Origin: Patescibacteria group bacterium
GTDB lineage: Bacteria > Patescibacteriota > Minisyncoccia > UBA6257 > 1-14-0-10-40-38
NCBI GenBank assembly: GCA_038064975.1
Contig: JBBTRX010000002.1
Coordinates: 193,278 to 257,277, forward strand
Length of the DNA stretch: 64,000 nt
Reading direction: 5' to 3'
Below are positions 36,220-47,266 of this stretch, piece after piece. Position numbers and translations under genes: made by a program. The stretch's first letter is position 1. Each line of letters opens with the position of its first letter. A model generated the notes under the pieces. It was not told the origin of the DNA. It saw only the letters and a list, made by a program, of their open reading frames with translations, and ran no database searches.

Positions 36220-38175
36220 CTACAAGAGAAACGGAACAATAAGCAATGCAACGATATTCATTACTTTAATCAAAGGATTAATCGCTGGACCAACAGTGTC
36301 TTTATAAGGATCTCCCACGGTGTCTCCGGTAACAGCTGCTTTATGCGCGTCTGATCCCTTACCGCCGAATTTACCGTCTTCAATATATTTCTTTGCGTTA
36401 TCCCAAGCGGCTCCTCCGGTCGTCATGGAAATTGCCATAAAGATTCCGGAAATGATTGAGCCGATTAAGAACCCTCCGAGCGCTTCCGCGCCGAGCAGAA
36501 AGCCAACAGCGATAACCGCGAGAATTGGAATGAGCGCAGGAAGGATCATTTTTTTAAGCGCTGCCGTGGTTACGATATCAACTGCGCGTCCGTAGTCAGG
36601 CTTCGCTGTTCCTTCTAAGATTCCCGGTATTTCGCGGAACTGGCGGCGCACTTCTTCTACAACTGCCCCAGCTGCCTGTCCTACCGCGAGCATGGCGAGC
36701 GATCCGAAGAAGTAAGGAATCATGCCTCCCAAGAATAGTCCGATGATGACGCTTGGATTTTGAAGATCAAAGAGAACGGTCGGTAATTCTTCCGCGTAGC
36801 CTGCAAAGAGTACGAGCGCGGCAAGTCCGGCGGATGCGATGGCGTATCCTTTCGTAACTGCTTTTGTAGTGTTGCCTACTGCGTCCAATGCGTCCGTCAC
36901 TTTGCGTACGTCATGGGGAGCGTTAGACATTTCTGCGATGCCGCCTGCGTTATCCGTAATCGGTCCGAACGAATCAATCGCGACAATGATGCCGGCAACG
37001 GAAAGCATTGAGGTTGCTGCTATCGCGATGCCGTAGAGACCGAGTAAGGAGTAGCTCCCCCAGATTCCGGCTACGATAACGAGAATAGGAAGAATGGTGG
37101 ATTCCATACCAACCGCAAGGCCCATAATAATATTGGTGCCGTGTCCTGAATTTGATGCCTCTGCGATGGAGTGGACTGGGCGATATTTTTTAGACGTATA
37201 GTAATCCGTAATCACAACCATGAGCGCCGTGACTCCAAGGCCGATCAAGCTTACCCAGAACACGCTCAAAGCTTCATCAGGGACAAACATCTTTGCCGCG
37301 AAGTAGAAAAGAACTCCTGAAATAACGAGCGATGCAATGAGTCCTTTGTAGAGTGCTCCCATAATGTTGCCCGTGGATCCGAGTCGTACAAAGAGTGCAC
37401 CGATAAGGGATGCGATGATAGCGAGTCCACCCAAGATAAGGGGGAAGAGGACATTTCCTACCCCTGCACTGACAGCAAGAATGAGGGCGGCCGTAAGCGT
37501 TACGGCATATGTTTCAAAAAGATCTGCTGCCATACCTGCGCAGTCGCCGACATTGTCTCCCACATTGTCTGCGATGACACCCGGATTTCGCGGATCGTCT
37601 TCAGGAATTCCAGCTTCAACTTTTCCGACAAGATCAGTTCCCACATCTGCGGCTTTGGTATAAATTCCTCCGCCTAATCGTGCGAAGACAGAGATTAAGC
37701 TTGCGCCGAAGCCGAGGGCGATAAGCGCTGTGATGTCTTCTGTCGCGAGATAAAACCCTGCTACCGAGAGAAGTCCAAGTGCTACGACAAGAAATCCGGT
37801 CACTGACCCTGCTCTAAAGGCGAGCGAGAGTGCGGGAGCGAGACCTTGGCGTGCAACTTCCGCGGTGCGTGCGTTTGCACGAACGGCGATTTGCATTCCG
37901 ATTACGCTTGCGAGCGTGGAAGCGAGTGCTCCAATTAAAAATCCTATTGCGGAGGTTATATTGAGCGTAACCGCAATAATTACGAAGAGAATGATGGCTA
38001 CAACAGAGACGGCGCGATATTGCCGTTTAAGATACGCGGATGATCCTTCGCGGATTGCATCCGAGATGTCCTGCATTTCTTTATTTGGCTTTGGGCGCTT
38101 CTGCATCCAAAAAATAATTCCTGCGCTGTAAAGTATGGCTGCGGCAATCGGAGCAAAAATGATGGTATTCAGCAT
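36220..38175 (-). CDS. hppA: membrane-bound proton/sodium-translocating pyrophosphatase
   Basis: [20 protein letters not shown] and [21 protein letters not shown] motifs, with a multi-TM architecture. Confidence 0.95.
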   Translation of the reverse strand: MLNTIIFAPIAAAILYSAGIIFWMQKRPKPNKEMQDISDAIREGSSAYLKRQYRAVSVVAIILFVIIAVTLNITSAIGFLIGALASTLASVIGMQIAVRANARTAEVARQGLAPALSLAFRAGSVTGFLVVALGLLSVAGFYLATEDITALIALGFGASLISVFARLGGGIYTKAADVGTDLVGKVEAGIPEDDPRNPGVIADNVGDNVGDCAGMAADLFETYAVTLTAALILAVSAGVGNVLFPLILGGLAIIASLIGALFVRLGSTGNIMGALYKGLIASLVISGVLFYFAAKMFVPDEALSVFWVSLIGLGVTALMVVITDYYTSKKYRPVHSIAEASNSGHGTNIIMGLAVGMESTILPILVIVAGIWGSYSLLGLYGIAIAATSMLSVAGIIVAIDSFGPITDNAGGIAEMSNAPHDVRKVTDALDAVGNTTKAVTKGYAIASAGLAALVLFAGYAEELPTVLFDLQNPSVIIGLFLGGMIPYFFGSLAMLAVGQAAGAVVEEVRRQFREIPGILEGTAKPDYGRAVDIVTTAALKKMILPALIPILAVIAVGFLLGAEALGGFLIGSIISGIFMAISMTTGGAAWDNAKKYIEDGKFGGKGSDAHKAAVTGDTVGDPYKDTVGPAINPLIKVMNIVALLIVPFLL

Positions 38176-38193
38176 ATGAGGTAAATCAGTGGG

Positions 38194-39399
38194 TTATTCT
38201 TTGTCTTCAGACTTTTTTGTTGCTTTCGGCTTTTCTTCTTCGGCTTCTTCAGCTATTCCTTCGGCTTGCGTCTCTTCAGGTTTTGAATTGGAGCGGACAT
38301 CTATCTTCCAACCTGTGAGCCGTGCGGCGAGCCGAACATTCTGGCCACCTTTGCCAATCGCGAGTGAGAGCTGATCTTCAGGAATAAATACTCTCGCTTC
38401 CTTACGTGGCATGACTTCAATGCTTTCTACTTTTGCTGGGGAAAGAGCGTTGCCGATAAATTTTGCAGGATCTTCGGACCACTCAATGATATCTATTTTT
38501 TCATGGCCGAGTTCGTTGGAGACCGCCATAACGCGTGTTCCGCGCTGGCCAACGCATGCGCCAACTGGATCAACTCCATCTGTTCCCGACGCTACGGCTA
38601 TTTTAGTCCGGCTTCCGGCTTCGCGTGCGATGGCTTTAATCTGTACCGTCTCATCTGCTATTTCTGGCACTTCAAGTGCAAAAAGGCGGGAGACAAATTT
38701 CGGATGCGAACGGGAAAGGATGATGCCGGGGATGCGCGCCTCTTCCTGAATGGCAAGAACATAAAACTTCATGCGGTCACCGGTTTTATAGTGCTCTCCC
38801 GGAATGGATTCGCTTTGAAACATAATGCCGGTAGCGCGTCCCAACTCCACCATCACGCCTCCACGCTCAAAACGTTGGATAACGCCGCTTACGATTTCTC
38901 CCTCGCGGTTGCGGAATTCAGAAAGCACGGATTCGCGTTCCGCGTCGCGGAGTTTTTGGAGTACTACTTGCTTTGCAGTTTGTGCCGCGATGCGTCCAAA
39001 GTCTTCGCGTGTTTCAAGGGGAAACTCAAGCTCTTCACCGAGTACGGTACTCTTCTTAACTTCTTTCGCTTCTGGGAGAAGAATATGGCGATCAGGATTG
39101 TAGCGGGGAAGCACTGACTCGTCGCCCTCCGTTACCGGAGTTTCAGGTTCTGTTGACTCCTCTCCTTCTTTGGGGATGCGGACGGTTGTTTCGTCAACAA
39201 CAGTTTTTACCTGCCAGAATTTGAGTTTTCCGCTTTCTACGTCAAACTTTGCTTTAATAATTTCTCCTCGTTTCTCATACTCGCGCTTATATGCAGCCGC
39301 GATCGCAGCTTCAATCGCTTCAATAATTCGCTCCGCAGGAATTCCCTTTTCGGTAGCGATTTGTTCAACGGCGCGCTTAATTGTTTTTAGGTCCATCAT
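38194..39399 (-). CDS. nusA: transcription termination/antitermination factor NusA
   Basis: The N-terminus is MMDLKTIKRAVEQIATEKGIP, followed by S1 and two KH domains. The start was trimmed to 39399. Confidence 0.9.
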   Translation of the reverse strand: MMDLKTIKRAVEQIATEKGIPAERIIEAIEAAIAAAYKREYEKRGEIIKAKFDVESGKLKFWQVKTVVDETTVRIPKEGEESTEPETPVTEGDESVLPRYNPDRHILLPEAKEVKKSTVLGEELEFPLETREDFGRIAAQTAKQVVLQKLRDAERESVLSEFRNREGEIVSGVIQRFERGGVMVELGRATGIMFQSESIPGEHYKTGDRMKFYVLAIQEEARIPGIILSRSHPKFVSRLFALEVPEIADETVQIKAIAREAGSRTKIAVASGTDGVDPVGACVGQRGTRVMAVSNELGHEKIDIIEWSEDPAKFIGNALSPAKVESIEVMPRKEARVFIPEDQLSLAIGKGGQNVRLAARLTGWKIDVRSNSKPEETQAEGIAEEAEEEKPKATKKSEDKE

Positions 39400-39489
39400 A
39401 TGTTGGTAAATAATTTTTGTTAAAAATGGTCGCTCCAAGAGCGACCATTCGTGTACCCCTATCATAGGGCAAAAAAGCGTATCTGTCAA

Positions 39490-39678
39490 TTAAATCTTAC
39501 TCAAGAGGTTCATGCCATAAATACAAAGCATGCACATTGCAATCATAGTGAGAAAGCGAGCGGGTCCTTCGCCCGTGTCGTCTTTATCCCAGATTCGTCG
39601 TGCTGGCCAAAAAAGATAAACGACAAACGAGAGAATGAGTAGGGTGCCAACTAGTCCATACCAGAACTCTCTGTGCAT
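39490..39678 (-). CDS. possible small 2-TM membrane protein (62 aa)
   Basis: ORF track, hydrophobic, between recA and nusA. This is weak evidence. Confidence 0.3.
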   Translation of the reverse strand: MHREFWYGLVGTLLILSFVVYLFWPARRIWDKDDTGEGPARFLTMIAMCMLCIYGMNLLSKI

Positions 39679-39729
39679 GAGAACCTCCTTTTAAAGAAAC
39701 GAACCGAAAAAAGTATAGGACGGGGGCGT

Positions 39730-40749
39730 CTATTTTGCAACTTCGCGAACTTTTTTCTCTATTTCTTTAAGAAGCTTACTATCTTCTTTAAGTTTTGCTT
39801 TTACGTTTTCAATGCCTACACCGAGCTTTTCTTCTCCAAACGAGTACGTTGCTCCGGACTTGGTAACCACTTCGTATTTAATCGCGGCATTCATAACATC
39901 TCCTTCAAATGAAATGCCTTCCCCAAACATAATATCAAACTCTGCTTGGCGGAATGGGGGAGCGATTTTGTTTTTAACAACTTTCGCTTTTACTCTACTT
40001 CCCACAACATCCTCTCCCTTTTTAACCTGTGCGATGCGCCGAATATCAATGCGTACAGAGGAATAGAATTTAAGCGCTCTGCCTCCCGGGGTTGTTTCGG
40101 GATTCCCGAACATAATGCCAATTTTCTCTCGAAGTTGGTTGATAAAAATGATAAGCGTTCCTGATCGCGCTGCGATTGCAGTCAGTTTGCGAAGTGCCTG
40201 CGACATCATGCGTGCCTGAAGGCCAACATGGTGCGCGCCCATTTCTCCCTCAATCTCTGCTTTGGGAGTAAGGGCTGCTACCGAATCAACAACAACAACA
40301 TCTATCATCTCCGAGCGTACTAATGATTCTAAAATATTCAGTGCTTCCTCTCCATTATCCGGTTGTGAAATAAGAAGGTCCGTCACTTGGACGCCAAGCT
40401 TCTTCGCATATTCGGGGTCCATGGCGTGCTCTGCATCAATGAATGCAGCTTTGCCTCCTCGTTTTTGGGCTTGAGCCACTACGTTTAAGGCGAGTGTCGT
40501 CTTTCCACTGGATTCAGGACCAAAGATTTCAACAATTCTTCCTTTTGGAACACCTCCCACGCCGAGCGCGAGATCCAGCGAGAAGGATCCTGTAGGGATA
40601 ACATCCACATCAACTTTCCGTACTTCGCCAAGACGCATAATCGCGCCTTCGCCGAACTTATCGCGCAAACCTTCTATTAGTTTCTCAAGATCTTTAGGAT
40701 CGCTCGCGGGCGTACCAGCCTGTTTTTTTGTTGCCATATCCCTTAACAA
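39730..40749 (-). CDS. recA: recombinase RecA
   Basis: [12 protein letters not shown] Walker A and the conserved RecA core. Confidence 0.95.
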   Translation of the reverse strand: MLRDMATKKQAGTPASDPKDLEKLIEGLRDKFGEGAIMRLGEVRKVDVDVIPTGSFSLDLALGVGGVPKGRIVEIFGPESSGKTTLALNVVAQAQKRGGKAAFIDAEHAMDPEYAKKLGVQVTDLLISQPDNGEEALNILESLVRSEMIDVVVVDSVAALTPKAEIEGEMGAHHVGLQARMMSQALRKLTAIAARSGTLIIFINQLREKIGIMFGNPETTPGGRALKFYSSVRIDIRRIAQVKKGEDVVGSRVKAKVVKNKIAPPFRQAEFDIMFGEGISFEGDVMNAAIKYEVVTKSGATYSFGEEKLGVGIENVKAKLKEDSKLLKEIEKKVREVAK

Positions 40750-40791
40750 TACAGCTCAAAATTTAAAAATCAAATCTCAAAAACAAGAACT

Positions 40792-40823
40792 AAAACAGCT
40801 GCCATATATGGCAGCTGTTTTAG
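40792..40823. terminator. symmetric terminator AAAACAGCTGCCATATATGGCAGCTGTTTT
   Basis: Seen in sequence between the RodZ-like gene and recA. Confidence 0.55.
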
Positions 40824-40900
40824 TTGTGACGTTTTAGCGAGGATATTCTTTTAAGAAAGGTCATTCTAATAGCTTTCGCAAAAGAATATCAGAGGGTATT

Positions 40901-41527
40901 TTATGGCTGATAGATAATCTGCCGCGTTATCGTTGTTTCTCTCCCTAAAAGTCTTCGAGCCGTAAACGTAATGCGATTTAATCCCTCATCTAAATTATAA
41001 CTTTTTGAAAAATTGCCTTTTGTATCGGTTGTTTGCGGTTCGCCGTCAATCACGAGCGCATCTTTTGGATCAATTGAGCCAGTAATTAAAATAACGTTTG
41101 CGGTGGTAACCAAGGTCTCCGATCCGGGATTTTGAATAACGAGTGATGGCTTTCCCAGAAAGCGGTCTACGTTTGCTGCGCCATAGGCAAGCACGACTAT
41201 AGCAATCAGCGTTCCGATAATAACACTGCTATTTAAGCGCTTGAGTGCAAACCTATTATGAGGGAGCCTATCCGCAGCACCGGATGTTTGAATAAGACTC
41301 TCTTTCATCTCCCGTTCGTAAATACTCCATAGTTCATCGCCGTTTGCGTTCAGTACATTCGCCATTTTTAGGAGGTATCCGCGAATATAGGGAGCGGGAG
41401 GAAGTTTACGAGATTCTCCAATTAAAATTGCTTCAATATGGCGCAACGAAACTCCGCTCAACTCAGCGAGCTTCTCGTGTGAAATATTTTTAGCATCAAT
41501 ATGTTCTTTTAATTTTTCCTGGAACAT
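40901..41527 (-). CDS. HTH (XRE-type) domain protein with TM and C-terminal domain, RodZ-like
   Basis: N-terminus ISHEKLAELSGVSLRHIEAI. A mid-protein TM is present. Confidence 0.5.
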   Translation of the reverse strand: MFQEKLKEHIDAKNISHEKLAELSGVSLRHIEAILIGESRKLPPAPYIRGYLLKMANVLNANGDELWSIYEREMKESLIQTSGAADRLPHNRFALKRLNSSVIIGTLIAIVVLAYGAANVDRFLGKPSLVIQNPGSETLVTTANVILITGSIDPKDALVIDGEPQTTDTKGNFSKSYNLDEGLNRITFTARRLLGRETTITRQIIYQP

Positions 41528-41532
41528 ATATA

Positions 41533-43596
41533 TTATTCGCTTCCATCAATCAATATTTCTCGGGGCTTTGCGCCCTCTCCTGGACCCACAATACCCCGTT
41601 CCTCCATGATGTCAATAAGTCGCGCTGCACGAGCATACCCAACCTTGAGCCGGCGCTGGAGGAGTGATGCAGATGCCTTACCTGAACTTTTTACTACCTC
41701 TACTGCTTCCTGGAATAGATCATCTTCATCGCCTTCTTCAAAGCCATCAAAAATATCACCATTCGGGCGCAGGCCTCGCGTGTCCTCTTCTCCCGCGACT
41801 TCTTCCACAGGTTCTTCGACGACTTCGTTTTTCTCACGAATAAAGTCGGTAACGCCTTTCAGTTCTTCTTCACTCAAGTACGCACTCTGGACACGTTTCG
41901 GTTTGGAATATTCTGATGAAATAAAGAGTAAATCCCCTCCTCCCAAAAGTTTTTCTGCTCCCGCGATATCAAGAATAGTGCGGGAATCAATCTGGCTCGC
42001 GACTTGGAGCGCGATGCGAGCCGTAATGTTTGCTTTAATGAGTCCCGTTACGACTTCAACTGAAGGTCGCTGAGTAGAAAGGATAAGATGGATGCCAGTT
42101 GCGCGTGCCATTTGGGCAAGGCGGACGATTGATCCTTCAATTTCGCGTCCATAGCGCGACATGAGATCCGCCATTTCATCCACGACAATCACAATATACG
42201 GCAAGAGTTCCTCACGGTCTTTGTTGTATCCCTTAATGTCTCTGCATCCGGCCTTGAGTAATGTTTCGTAACGGCGATCCATTTCCGCAATTGCCCACCT
42301 AAATACGCCAACGCTCTTTTTTGCGTCAGTAATAACGGGAGCCGCCAAATGGGGGATGCCTTCATACGCTGAAAGCTCAACACGTTTCGGGTCAATGAGA
42401 ATTAGTTTTAATGTTGCAGGAGCGTTTTTAAAAAGCAGGGAAGTAAGAATGCTGTGGATTGTGATTGATTTGCCCGATCCCGTGCTTCCCGCAACCAACA
42501 TATGAGGAAGGCGCTCAATATCCACGAATATCGGATCACCGCTTACGTCTCTGCCAAGTGGGAAGACGAGCGGGCCTTTTTCAGTAAATTCCTTATAGTT
42601 CATCAAACTGCCGAGGCGGACAATCGCTGCGGATTTGTTTGGAACTTCAATACCAACTAAAGATTTCCCAGGAATTGGTGCCTCAATGCGGATAGGGTGT
42701 GCTGCAAGCGCAAGCGCGAGGTCTTGGTTCAATGCAAGGATGCGCGCAAGCTTTACCCCTTCAGCAGGCTTCAAGGTATAGCGCGTTACTTTAGGGCCGA
42801 TATTAATTTCTCCCATTTCAACGGGAATACCAAAGCTCTCCAGTGTTCTCTTAATGATATTTGCGTTTGCGCGCAAATCGCCGGATGTTGGTTTTTCCGT
42901 TGTTGATTTAAGTAAAGAAAGCGGAGGAGCGACATAATCTTTTATGGATATCGCTTTGATGCGCGTGGTAGGTGTTGGCGAAGATTCTCTCACGTCCAAC
43001 TCTTTCTCTTCTTCGGGTTCTTCGGCTACTTCTTCTTCCGGTTTTTCTTCTGCTTCGGCGGTAGCTGAGTCGCCGGTTACCATAAGATCTTCGTCTTCCA
43101 TTTCTTTTTCGTCACGTTTCTTATCAGTGAGCCAGCTTGGCTTAAAGATAAGAGAAGCGTTAAAAGCGATAAGAAGCGCGATCATTGCAAGCATGGCGAC
43201 AATGATAATTGCAGCGACTTTGCCGAACGCGAATTCAATGGATCCAATTGCATTACCGACAAGCCCTCCATGCGTCGGAAAAAGAATATCAATGAGTCCG
43301 AGTAAGAAAAGAATAGCCGCTCCTCCACCTGCAAACGTGAGTGTTAAAAGTTTTTTGCCATGACTTACGAGAAACATAACGCCAATTGCGATAGCAATAA
43401 CAGGAACAAGATAATACCCCCATCCAAAAAGCCCTTCTAAGATTTTCAAAATAATGCGCCCGGCAGGACCTGCTTTTTCAAGTTTCGCGAGGACAAGGAG
43501 CGCGGAAATGCCAAAGAGGACGACTGCCGAGATACTTGCCTTAGTTTCGTGCGGAATAGTTATGCCAAAGGATTTCTTTTGTTTTGATCGTGCCAT
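41533..43596 (-). CDS. ftsK: DNA translocase FtsK/SpoIIIE
   Basis: N-terminal TMs, an acidic linker, a motor domain (GSTGSGKS, VIVVDEMADLM) and a gamma domain (LLQRRLKVGYARAARLID). Confidence 0.9.
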   Translation of the reverse strand: MARSKQKKSFGITIPHETKASISAVVLFGISALLVLAKLEKAGPAGRIILKILEGLFGWGYYLVPVIAIAIGVMFLVSHGKKLLTLTFAGGGAAILFLLGLIDILFPTHGGLVGNAIGSIEFAFGKVAAIIIVAMLAMIALLIAFNASLIFKPSWLTDKKRDEKEMEDEDLMVTGDSATAEAEEKPEEEVAEEPEEEKELDVRESSPTPTTRIKAISIKDYVAPPLSLLKSTTEKPTSGDLRANANIIKRTLESFGIPVEMGEINIGPKVTRYTLKPAEGVKLARILALNQDLALALAAHPIRIEAPIPGKSLVGIEVPNKSAAIVRLGSLMNYKEFTEKGPLVFPLGRDVSGDPIFVDIERLPHMLVAGSTGSGKSITIHSILTSLLFKNAPATLKLILIDPKRVELSAYEGIPHLAAPVITDAKKSVGVFRWAIAEMDRRYETLLKAGCRDIKGYNKDREELLPYIVIVVDEMADLMSRYGREIEGSIVRLAQMARATGIHLILSTQRPSVEVVTGLIKANITARIALQVASQIDSRTILDIAGAEKLLGGGDLLFISSEYSKPKRVQSAYLSEEELKGVTDFIREKNEVVEEPVEEVAGEEDTRGLRPNGDIFDGFEEGDEDDLFQEAVEVVKSSGKASASLLQRRLKVGYARAARLIDIMEERGIVGPGEGAKPREILIDGSE

Positions 43597-43723
43597 AGGA
43601 ATATTCAAATCTGTCGCGTTAGTGACAGGCAACATGTCACATGGGACATGTCCCGCTCTGTGGTGCTACCTGGTATACTAGGAGTATATAGGATTATACG
43701 GAAAATTATGCGTTCTGGCGAAC

Positions 43724-45027
43724 ATGAAACTCTCACCTTCGATTTTTAAAGCATATGATGTGCGGGGGAAATACCCCGGCGAAATAAATGAAGACGTTGC
43801 GCTGCTCCTTGGCAAGGCGCTTGGTTTGCGATGGATGGGGGGAGAAATAATCGTGGGGTACGATGCTCGTGTGAGCTCTCCAGAACTTGCCGAGGCGCTC
43901 ACAAAGGGTATTCGGGCTGCAGCTCCGGAGAGTACGGTGACGAGTGTTGGGTTAATAACCACGCCAATGCTTACCTATCTTATCCATTCGCGCGGAGCAA
44001 AAGCGGGTGTTGTCGTAACCGCATCGCACAATCCAAAAGAATATAACGGATTTAAAGCAGTGGAAGGACATGGAACGGCGTGGATAACAGGAACGGATAT
44101 GCAAAAACTGATAGCGCAATTGTTATGAATCATTACCAGGAATACGCTGAGTTTTTAAAAAAATTTGTGAGTGTCGCCTCTCCGATCCGTGTTGTTTTTG
44201 ATTCATCAGACGGCGCGACAGGGCCTGTGCTTCACGAACTTTTTACAACTCATCAACTCATCAACTCAATACTCATTAACTCAAAGCCCAATGGAGAGTT
44301 TCCGGCACATGGGCCGAATCCTCTTGCTCGCGGTGCGCAAAAAGATTTGAGAATCGTGGTTAAGAAAAATAATGCCGACTTGGGTGTTATTTTTGACGCG
44401 GACGGGGATAGGGTATTTTTTATTGATAACGAAGGGCGCGAAATTCGATCAGACATTGCTGCGCTTCTCATGTCAGAGGTGTTTCAAGGCCCATTTGTTT
44501 TTGATATCCGAGCAGGATACGCGCTCCGCGATAGGCTGGATGAAACAAAAAAGAAAGCAATCTACTCTCGTGTGGGACACGTGTTTATGAAACGCGCTAT
44601 GCGTGAGCACGGCGCGGAGTTTGGTGGGGAACTCTCCGGACATTTTTATTTTAAAGATTTCTTTTTTGCCGATTCAGGAATTGTTGCCGCGCTTACGATG
44701 ATACGAATTGTCTCTCAATTAGTGCAGAACGAGTCTTCACTCGCTGCGCGACTGGATAGCATTCCCGCAACATATTATTCCGGAGAAGTAAGTATTACGG
44801 TATCTCGTAATGATTCTGCGATAGAGCGGGTTGTCTCTGCGTTTCAAGCCGTTGCGGAACATGTTGACCACACGGACGGCGTGCGTATAGATGCTAAAGA
44901 CTTCTGGATAAGTGTACGGGCATCCAACACCGAGCCTGTCATCCGTTTTGTGCTTGAAGCGCGAGAGAAAAGCGTATTTAACCGTGAACTCAAAAAACTT
45001 AAAGAAGCTATAGGAACAGCAAATTAG
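43724..45027 (+). pseudogene. phosphohexomutase (GlmM/ManB family) split by a frameshift at an A5 tract (44103-44107)
   Basis: ORF 43724..44128 carries the TASHNP active-site loop. ORF 44080..45027 (frame -1) carries DADGDR, GELSGH and RASNTEP. Inserting one A restores ...DMQKTDSAIVMNHYQEY. Confidence 0.8.
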
Positions 45028-45056
45028 TCCCTAAAATAGGGGCTTTTTGAGGAATA

Positions 45057-45085
45057 TTGACTTTTATAACTCACTATGCTATAAT
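45057..45085 (+). promoter_or_regulatory. sigma70-like promoter TTGACT-17-TATAAT
   Basis: Seen in sequence. It is part of a cassette repeated at 34008-34062. Confidence 0.55.
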
Positions 45086-45136
45086 AATAGAAGTTCTTCT
45101 CTCAACCCGAAAACCCAAGAATTACGGAGGTAGCTC

Positions 45137-45562
45137 GTGAAGGCAAGGGATATTTCAGCATTCTTTCTTGGTGTTCTCCTCACGCTCTGTGTCGTGCTCT
45201 TCCGGACCGACGGCAATGAGCAGGTGCAGATCTGGGGACTGCAATGGGACACGTTCGTGCAAGACGGCAAGGCTGTGCAAGTTCCTGTCTTGTCCTACAA
45301 CGAAGAGGCTTTTGCTGTTTTGGATACGCCACACGGCCTCGTGACATCCAACATTCAATATTTGCCTTTGCCACTCGAAGAACAACACTTTGGTATCAAT
45401 CGGCTTTCCGGAGAGTTTCATGTCCTGAACCCCAAAGTCGATTCCATCATGCTTGTTCGCGAGTATCCCCCGTATACTGAGGCAACCGAATTCTACAGAG
45501 CAACAATCTCTCCTCTGGGGGGAAATATTGCTCTAACGCCGGTCTTGCCCGCGAGGTACTGA
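45137..45562 (+). CDS. hypothetical secreted protein (GTG start, RBS GGAGG)
   Basis: ORF track. A signal peptide is present. A strong terminator follows. Confidence 0.5.
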   Translation: MKARDISAFFLGVLLTLCVVLFRTDGNEQVQIWGLQWDTFVQDGKAVQVPVLSYNEEAFAVLDTPHGLVTSNIQYLPLPLEEQHFGINRLSGEFHVLNPKVDSIMLVREYPPYTEATEFYRATISPLGGNIALTPVLPARY

Positions 45563-45569
45563 CCCATCG

Positions 45570-45608
45570 AGCCCGCGCTCCACGTTGTGTGGAACACGGG
45601 CTCTTTTA
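45570..45608 (+). terminator. terminator GAGCCCG...CGGGCTC with inner CTCCAC/GTGGAA stem, followed by TTTT
   Basis: Seen in sequence. Confidence 0.6.
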
Positions 45609-45635
45609 ATTCATAAATTTCTTTAGCCACTAATT

Positions 45636-46202
45636 TTAAAACAGTGTCGCCGGAATATCGGCTTCAATGAGATTGAGATTGACTTTGGAAAGCACTCCGG
45701 TGATTTTATCCGGAACCATAACATACCCCTGTTTTTTAATAAGTTCGTATAAATCTTTAGTAAGTTTCACGTCCTGCAGGCAATAGTCTTTTAATTCCTG
45801 TATTCGACCTTCCTTAAATAACTTAATCGCTTCAAGTCCGCTCTCATGCAGTTTGGAAGCTCCCAGATTAACTTGCGAGAGTATGTTCAGGCTTATTCTC
45901 CTGCCGGAGGCAAGCTCAATTTCGTCTAACAGGTCAAGGCGATTCATCGCCATCATATTATAGTTGCACTTTGAATTTAAAATCGGTACGTCAAAACGAT
46001 TAATGGCGAATCCAATAATAAGGCCAGCTTTTTGGATAATAGAAAGACACTCCTCTAGTTGATGTCCCTCAAAGGCGAGATATTCGTTCCTGTTGTAAGA
46101 ATATATTCCAACGAGCGAAACATTGAACCTATCCATGTTTTGACTTCCGCCGATATCCGCAAAAGTATTTGAAGTTTCAATATCAATAACAAGTTTGTCC
46201 AT
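45636..46202 (-). CDS. DEDD-family 3'-5' exonuclease (RNase H-like fold)
   Basis: VIDIETS (Exo I), N.FD.P and Y...D...LY motifs. Confidence 0.55.
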   Translation of the reverse strand: MDKLVIDIETSNTFADIGGSQNMDRFNVSLVGIYSYNRNEYLAFEGHQLEECLSIIQKAGLIIGFAINRFDVPILNSKCNYNMMAMNRLDLLDEIELASGRRISLNILSQVNLGASKLHESGLEAIKLFKEGRIQELKDYCLQDVKLTKDLYELIKKQGYVMVPDKITGVLSKVNLNLIEADIPATLF

Positions 46203-46308
46203 AGACTATGCGAAAATACGAATATAGCACGAATATACGAAACTATTCCAATATACAAATGTAGCGCGAATATAATTGAGCATGAAGATGCTCATGCACT
46301 AAGTTTGT

Positions 46309-46701
46309 TCATTTGGATGTATTGAGAACGCGACGATGGCGAACGCCGTCTTTAAGAAAATAGATCATAATTGCAAGCTCTAGGTGAGTGCCTTTTAGAT
46401 AGGAAACTACTTGATTAATATGCGTATATCCCATTTTTGGGACTACTTTCAATTCAACAACTATTTTATTCTCTATAACGAAATCAAGAAACTCTTTTCC
46501 TACTTGCTGCCCATTATAAGAAGTGCTTACAAACTTTTCTCGTTCAAAAATAATTCCAGCTTCATCAAATGCAATCGCTAAAGCGTTTTGATAAATGTTT
46601 TCTTTATGCCCCCAACCGAGTTTGTTGAAAACATCAAACGCAGCGCCGAGGATCTTGTAACTCAATTCAGGATAAAGCAAATCTTCTCGCTGTACCGCCA
46701 T
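46309..46701 (-). CDS. GxxExxY family protein (PD-(D/E)xK nuclease superfamily)
   Basis: GWGHKENIYQNAL carries the G..E..Y motif. 130 aa. Confidence 0.75.
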   Translation of the reverse strand: MAVQREDLLYPELSYKILGAAFDVFNKLGWGHKENIYQNALAIAFDEAGIIFEREKFVSTSYNGQQVGKEFLDFVIENKIVVELKVVPKMGYTHINQVVSYLKGTHLELAIMIYFLKDGVRHRRVLNTSK

Positions 46702-46738
46702 ATTCGTATATTAGCGCCTGATTAGTATATTCGGATAG

Positions 46739-47221
46739 TTACACGTGGCGGTCAGCAACTTTGCTCGCAGCGTAACTATCAGGCTTCGTTTTCGCTTCAA
46801 AATTATTCGCTCGGATAATGCCGACAAGTTCCTGGATAATTACTTTTGTTGCGCCGTTTGTTCCCGCGTCAACGTGGATCTCAAACGCAAAATCAAAAAA
46901 TGATTTTGCTTTTGCGGCTTCAAGAAAAGAATGGGCAACTTCAAGCGAGAGTAATACCTCTTCCAAAATTCTGTCACGAAGAGTATGAAATCTTTTTTCA
47001 GTTACCATCCTGCGCCAGAAATATCTCCCACCGTTCCCGACGCGGTGAATTACAATTGCGGTTACAAAATCTGCCGTTCCGTTTGGCCGGCGTTCAGAAT
47101 CTGATCCAATAATGACTTTATATTCTCGGGCGGGAGCTACTGCCATAAACGTTATCATCTCCGCGATGATCTCGTCTGCTGCCATTTGCTTACCCTCGGA
47201 GCTTACGAAAAGCTGATTCAT
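46739..47221 (-). CDS. YkuK/DUF458-like RNase H-fold protein
   Basis: YKVIIGSDSE...FVTAIVIHRVGNGG pattern. The start was trimmed to the ATG at 47221. Confidence 0.4.
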   Translation of the reverse strand: MNQLFVSSEGKQMAADEIIAEMITFMAVAPAREYKVIIGSDSERRPNGTADFVTAIVIHRVGNGGRYFWRRMVTEKRFHTLRDRILEEVLLSLEVAHSFLEAAKAKSFFDFAFEIHVDAGTNGATKVIIQELVGIIRANNFEAKTKPDSYAASKVADRHV

Positions 47222-47266
47222 GATGCGCTTTACTATATTCCCTTTCGCGCCTCGAAGCAATTTCCT

